Shown: piece by piece, positions 53,563 through 55,791 of the stretch | How positions within the stretch are numbered: position 1 is the first letter of the stretch | How the letters are laid out: every line of letters starts with the position of its first letter | NCBI GenBank assembly: GCA_900317385.1 | Contig: ONGN01000001.1 | Coordinates: forward strand, 1-55,791 | Origin: an uncultured Eubacteriales bacterium | GTDB lineage: Bacteria > Bacillota > Clostridia > Oscillospirales > Oscillospiraceae | Direction of reading: 5' to 3' | DNA: 55,791 bases | Translations under genes and position numbers: made by a program | Notes under the pieces: generated by a model | The model's database searches: none | The model's input: only the letters and a program-made list of their open reading frames with translations | Told to the model about the DNA's origin: nothing

Positions 53563-53599
53563 ATTTTAACACGATTGTTTTGAATTACAATGTGATTGT
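53563..53599 (-). promoter_or_regulatory. adhE promoter with overlapping palindromes (candidate repressor site)
   Basis: The - strand reads TTGTAA (53585-53590), a 16-nt spacer ending TGT, then TAAAAT (53563-53568). The palindromes ACAAT-CAC-ATTGT (53587-53599) and TTGT-N8-ACAA (53575-53590) overlap the -35 and the spacer. Confidence 0.35.
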
Positions 53600-53660
53600 T
53601 GACGATTTTTCGCACTTCCCGCCTCTTTAATGATGCAAACTGCCAAAGCGCAAATATTAT

Positions 53661-53689
53661 TTGCTTTTTTGCGCACCTCAGTATATAAT
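53661..53689 (+). promoter_or_regulatory. Sigma-A promoter for the PHP phosphatase gene
   Basis: The + strand reads TTGCTT (53661-53666), a 17-nt spacer, then TATAAT (53684-53689). A perfect 7-1-7 palindrome, GCAAATA-T-TATTTGC (53650-53664), overlaps the -35. Confidence 0.5.
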
Positions 53690-53715
53690 TGAGCGCAATG
53701 ATGAGGAGGAGCGAC

Positions 53716-54486
53716 ATGATAGCAAACTACCACACCCACACTCCACGCTGCGGCCATGCGGTCGGCTCGGAGCGCGAATATATTGAGAGGGCGATCGAGG
53801 GCGGGATTGAAATCCTCGGCTTTTCGGATCACGCTCCCTACCGCTTTGACAGGCCGGGCAGATATCCCGGAGTCAGAATGGAGCCCGAAATGCTTCCGGA
53901 TTACGCGGAGACGTTTTTTGCCATGCGTAACGAGTATGCGGGCAAAATCGAGCTGCATCTCGGCGTTGAGGCTGAGTACTATCCCCGCTACTTCTCCTCT
54001 CTCGTCGACGATCTCAGGGCAAACGGGGTTGAGTATATGATCCTCGGTCAGCACTTTTTCGGAGATGAGATCGGCGAGCCGGGCACAATGGCTGCGACGA
54101 CCGATCCCGCCGATCTGGACAGGTACGTATCTCAGGTCATCGAGGGTATGGAAACGGGGCTTTTCTCCTATATCGCCCACCCGGACGTTTTGCGGTTTGA
54201 GGGCGAGGTCTCGGAGTATTATCGCGGCTACCGCCGCCTTTGCGTAAGGGCGCGGGAGCTCGGCATACCGCTCGAAATTAACCTGCTCGGCATGAGAAAC
54301 GGAAGGCACTATCCGAACGAGCGTTTCTGGCGCATTGCCGGAGAAGAGGGCAACACCGTTATCCTCGGCTCGGACGCGCACCGTCCGGAGGATACCTGGA
54401 TACCGGAAACGGAGCTTGCCGCCCTCGCCCTCGTTGATAAATTCTCGCTCCATTTAATTGATAAATTAGAGCTCAGGCGTATTTAA
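53716..54486 (+). CDS. PHP-family histidinol-phosphatase (HisJ/HisK type)
   Basis: ATG 53716 (MIANYHTHTPRCGHA) has GAGGAGGAG 6 nt upstream; the ORF track opens at 53689. PHP His/Asp motifs are HTHT, FSDHAP and GSDAH. The antisense 295-aa ORF 53566..54453 is rejected. Confidence 0.85.
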   Translation: MIANYHTHTPRCGHAVGSEREYIERAIEGGIEILGFSDHAPYRFDRPGRYPGVRMEPEMLPDYAETFFAMRNEYAGKIELHLGVEAEYYPRYFSSLVDDLRANGVEYMILGQHFFGDEIGEPGTMAATTDPADLDRYVSQVIEGMETGLFSYIAHPDVLRFEGEVSEYYRGYRRLCVRARELGIPLEINLLGMRNGRHYPNERFWRIAGEEGNTVILGSDAHRPEDTWIPETELAALALVDKFSLHLIDKLELRRI

Positions 54487-54501
54487 TTTGCGCCTGAGCT
54501 C
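54469..54501. terminator. Bidirectional hairpin between the convergent PHP gene and rubrerythrin
   Basis: 11-bp stem GAGCTCAGGCG / CGCCTGAGCTC (54469-54479 / 54491-54501) with an 11-nt AT loop that contains the PHP gene stop codon. Confidence 0.65.
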
Positions 54502-54517
54502 TGTTTATATCATTATA

Positions 54518-55060
54518 TCAATAGTTCTCTTCTCTTACTTCGAAGTACGACTGGGGATGAGCGCAGACGGGGCATACCTCGGGCGCCGCTTCGCCCACGA
54601 CGATATGGCCGCAGTTGCGGCACTCCCAAACCTTAACGCTGCTCTTCTTGAATACCTCCTGCATCTCGATATTCTTAAGAAGGGCGCGGTAACGCTCCTC
54701 GTGATGTCTCTCGATCTCGGCAACGCCTCTGAACTTGGCGGCGAGCTCGGGGAAGCCCTCGGCATCCGCCGTCTTCGCGAAGCCCTCGTACATATCGGTC
54801 CACTCGTAGTTTTCTCCGCCGGCCGCTGCCTCAAGGTTCTCTGCGGTGTTCCCTATCCCCTCGAGCTCCTTGAACCACAGCTTTGCGTGCTCCTTCTCGT
54901 TATCCGCCGTTTTGAGGAAGAGAGCGGCGATCTGCTCATAGCCCTCCTTCTTGGCTTTCGAGGCGAAATAGGTATATTTGTTTCTCGCCTGGGATTCGCC
55001 CGCAAAAGCGGCCTCAAGGTTTTTCTCGGTCTGAGTTCCGGAATATTTATTGGTTGACAT
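54518..55060 (-). CDS. rbr: Rubrerythrin
   Basis: ATG 55060 (MSTNKYSG) has GGAGGT 7 nt upstream. Diiron ExxH motifs ([17 protein letters not shown]) plus a C-terminal CRNCGH...CPVCAHP rubredoxin-like site. Confidence 0.93.
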   Translation of the reverse strand: MSTNKYSGTQTEKNLEAAFAGESQARNKYTYFASKAKKEGYEQIAALFLKTADNEKEHAKLWFKELEGIGNTAENLEAAAGGENYEWTDMYEGFAKTADAEGFPELAAKFRGVAEIERHHEERYRALLKNIEMQEVFKKSSVKVWECRNCGHIVVGEAAPEVCPVCAHPQSYFEVREENY

Positions 55061-55301
55061 AATTATTACCTCCAATGTAAAAATTGCTCCTGTGCGTGAT
55101 TTTACTACATTCTGTCAACTTGTGCAAGAAAAATCTGTTGCCGATACTTATTATTATCTTTTTATACAAAAATAACCGTAAAATTTTCGGCATTATTGAC
55201 CCCGGAGTTTTTTATGCGCTTCTATTGAATTTTGGCAGTATTTGTTGTATGCTGTCTATAAGGGAAAAATCCCTGCACTTAAATTTACAGGAGGGAACCA
55301 T

Positions 55302-55791
55302 ATGAGAAAGACCCGTAAGTTTTTAGCTCTGCTTCTTGCACTCTGCCTCATCCTCTCGCTCGGCTTTACCGCCGTCGCTGACGAAGAGGCTGAGGCCGGC
55401 GAGGATCTCGATGACCTTATGGTCACCACGGTCGCCGCTGAAGATTACACCGGAAAGACCGTTATCCTTCACTCGAACGACGTTCACGGCGCCGTCGAGG
55501 GCTATGCGTACATAGCCGCTCTGAAGGCCGATTTCGAGGCGAAGGGCGCCGAGGTCGTGCTCGTTGACGCGGGCGACTTCAGCCAGGGAACCACTTACGT
55601 CAGCGTTTCCAAGGGCGCTACCGCGGTTGAGCTCATGAACGCCGCAGGTTATAATTTCGTAACTCTCGGCAACCACGAGTTCGATTTCGGCTCCGACCAG
55701 CTCAAGGCGAACATGGAAAAGGGCGAATTCAAGGTCGTCTGCGCCGACGTCTATGAGAACGGCGAGCTTCTGTTCGACGCCTCCGCCGTAT
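55302..55791 (+). CDS. 5'-nucleotidase / UshA-like metallophosphatase, N-terminal part (continues beyond the right edge)
   Basis: Absent from the ORF track because it runs off the window. ATG 55302 has AGGAGGG upstream. Signal peptide MRKTRKFLALLLALCLILSLGFTAVA, then the motifs HSNDVHG, DAGDFSQG and GNHEFD. The antisense ORF 55323..55676 is rejected. Confidence 0.85.
   Translation, partial: MRKTRKFLALLLALCLILSLGFTAVADEEAEAGEDLDDLMVTTVAAEDYTGKTVILHSNDVHGAVEGYAYIAALKADFEAKGAEVVLVDAGDFSQGTTYVSVSKGATAVELMNAAGYNFVTLGNHEFDFGSDQLKANMEKGEFKVVCADVYENGELLFDASAV

Noticed and set aside
53566-54453. 295-aa - strand ORF opposite the PHP phosphatase
   Set aside because: The + frame has HTHT/FSDHAP/GSDAH PHP motifs, a strong SD and a promoter. 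The - frame has no motifs and no RBS.
55076-55301. PerR/Fur box upstream of rubrerythrin
   Set aside because: The AT-rich segment CTTATTATTATCTTT matches the 7-1-7 TTATAAT-N-ATTATAA consensus only weakly. It is not enough to call.

Overview
The window is a GC-rich chromosomal core segment of a spore-forming Bacillota (Clostridia-type) genome; taxonomy is inferred from gene content, synteny and sigma-A-type promoters. I support 56 CDS, 52 of them on the - strand, mostly tightly packed or overlapping. Gene blocks, in window order:
- cysteine desulfurase + DUF3343, ispF-ispD, an SLH/YD-repeat wall protein, ispH fused to S1, and an HI0933-type flavoprotein fused in frame to cmk
- rpiR, rluB, dacB, ytfJ/ytfI-like, scpB, scpA, an M50 protease, engB, lon, clpX, clpP, tig
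- thrC, yraN, rnhB, a PfkB kinase, rbgA, lepB, rplS, a GNAT protein with a long N-terminal extension, pfkA
- a TIGR03960/TIGR03936 radical-SAM pair, a SpoIVFA/FB-like pair, rpmE, and tyrS with a Tyr T-box
- recN, argR, nadK, tlyA, dxs, ispA, xseB, xseA, nusB, asp23, then adhE, rubrerythrin and a 5'-nucleotidase

The stand-out feature is a 715-bp ORF-free, highly structured gap between ispA and a four-TM protein gene just upstream of dxs. This is the characteristic context of OLE (ornate, large, extremophilic) RNA and its membrane partner OapA. It has its own near-consensus promoter overlapping the ispA stop codon.

Other items worth a look:
- the stop-less flavoprotein-Cmk junction
- a terminator with an embedded promoter, plus an AT-rich palindrome, upstream of rpiR
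- palindromes over the adhE promoter
- a 54-nt pure pyrimidine tract inside the ytfI-like gene
- in-frame acidic tandem repeats in a secreted protein
- a divergent Kae1/TsaD-like paralog inside the nusB-xseA block

I recognised no rRNA, tRNA, CRISPR array, transposase or integrase. All family assignments come from motif reading and memory of the families, not from alignments or searches.
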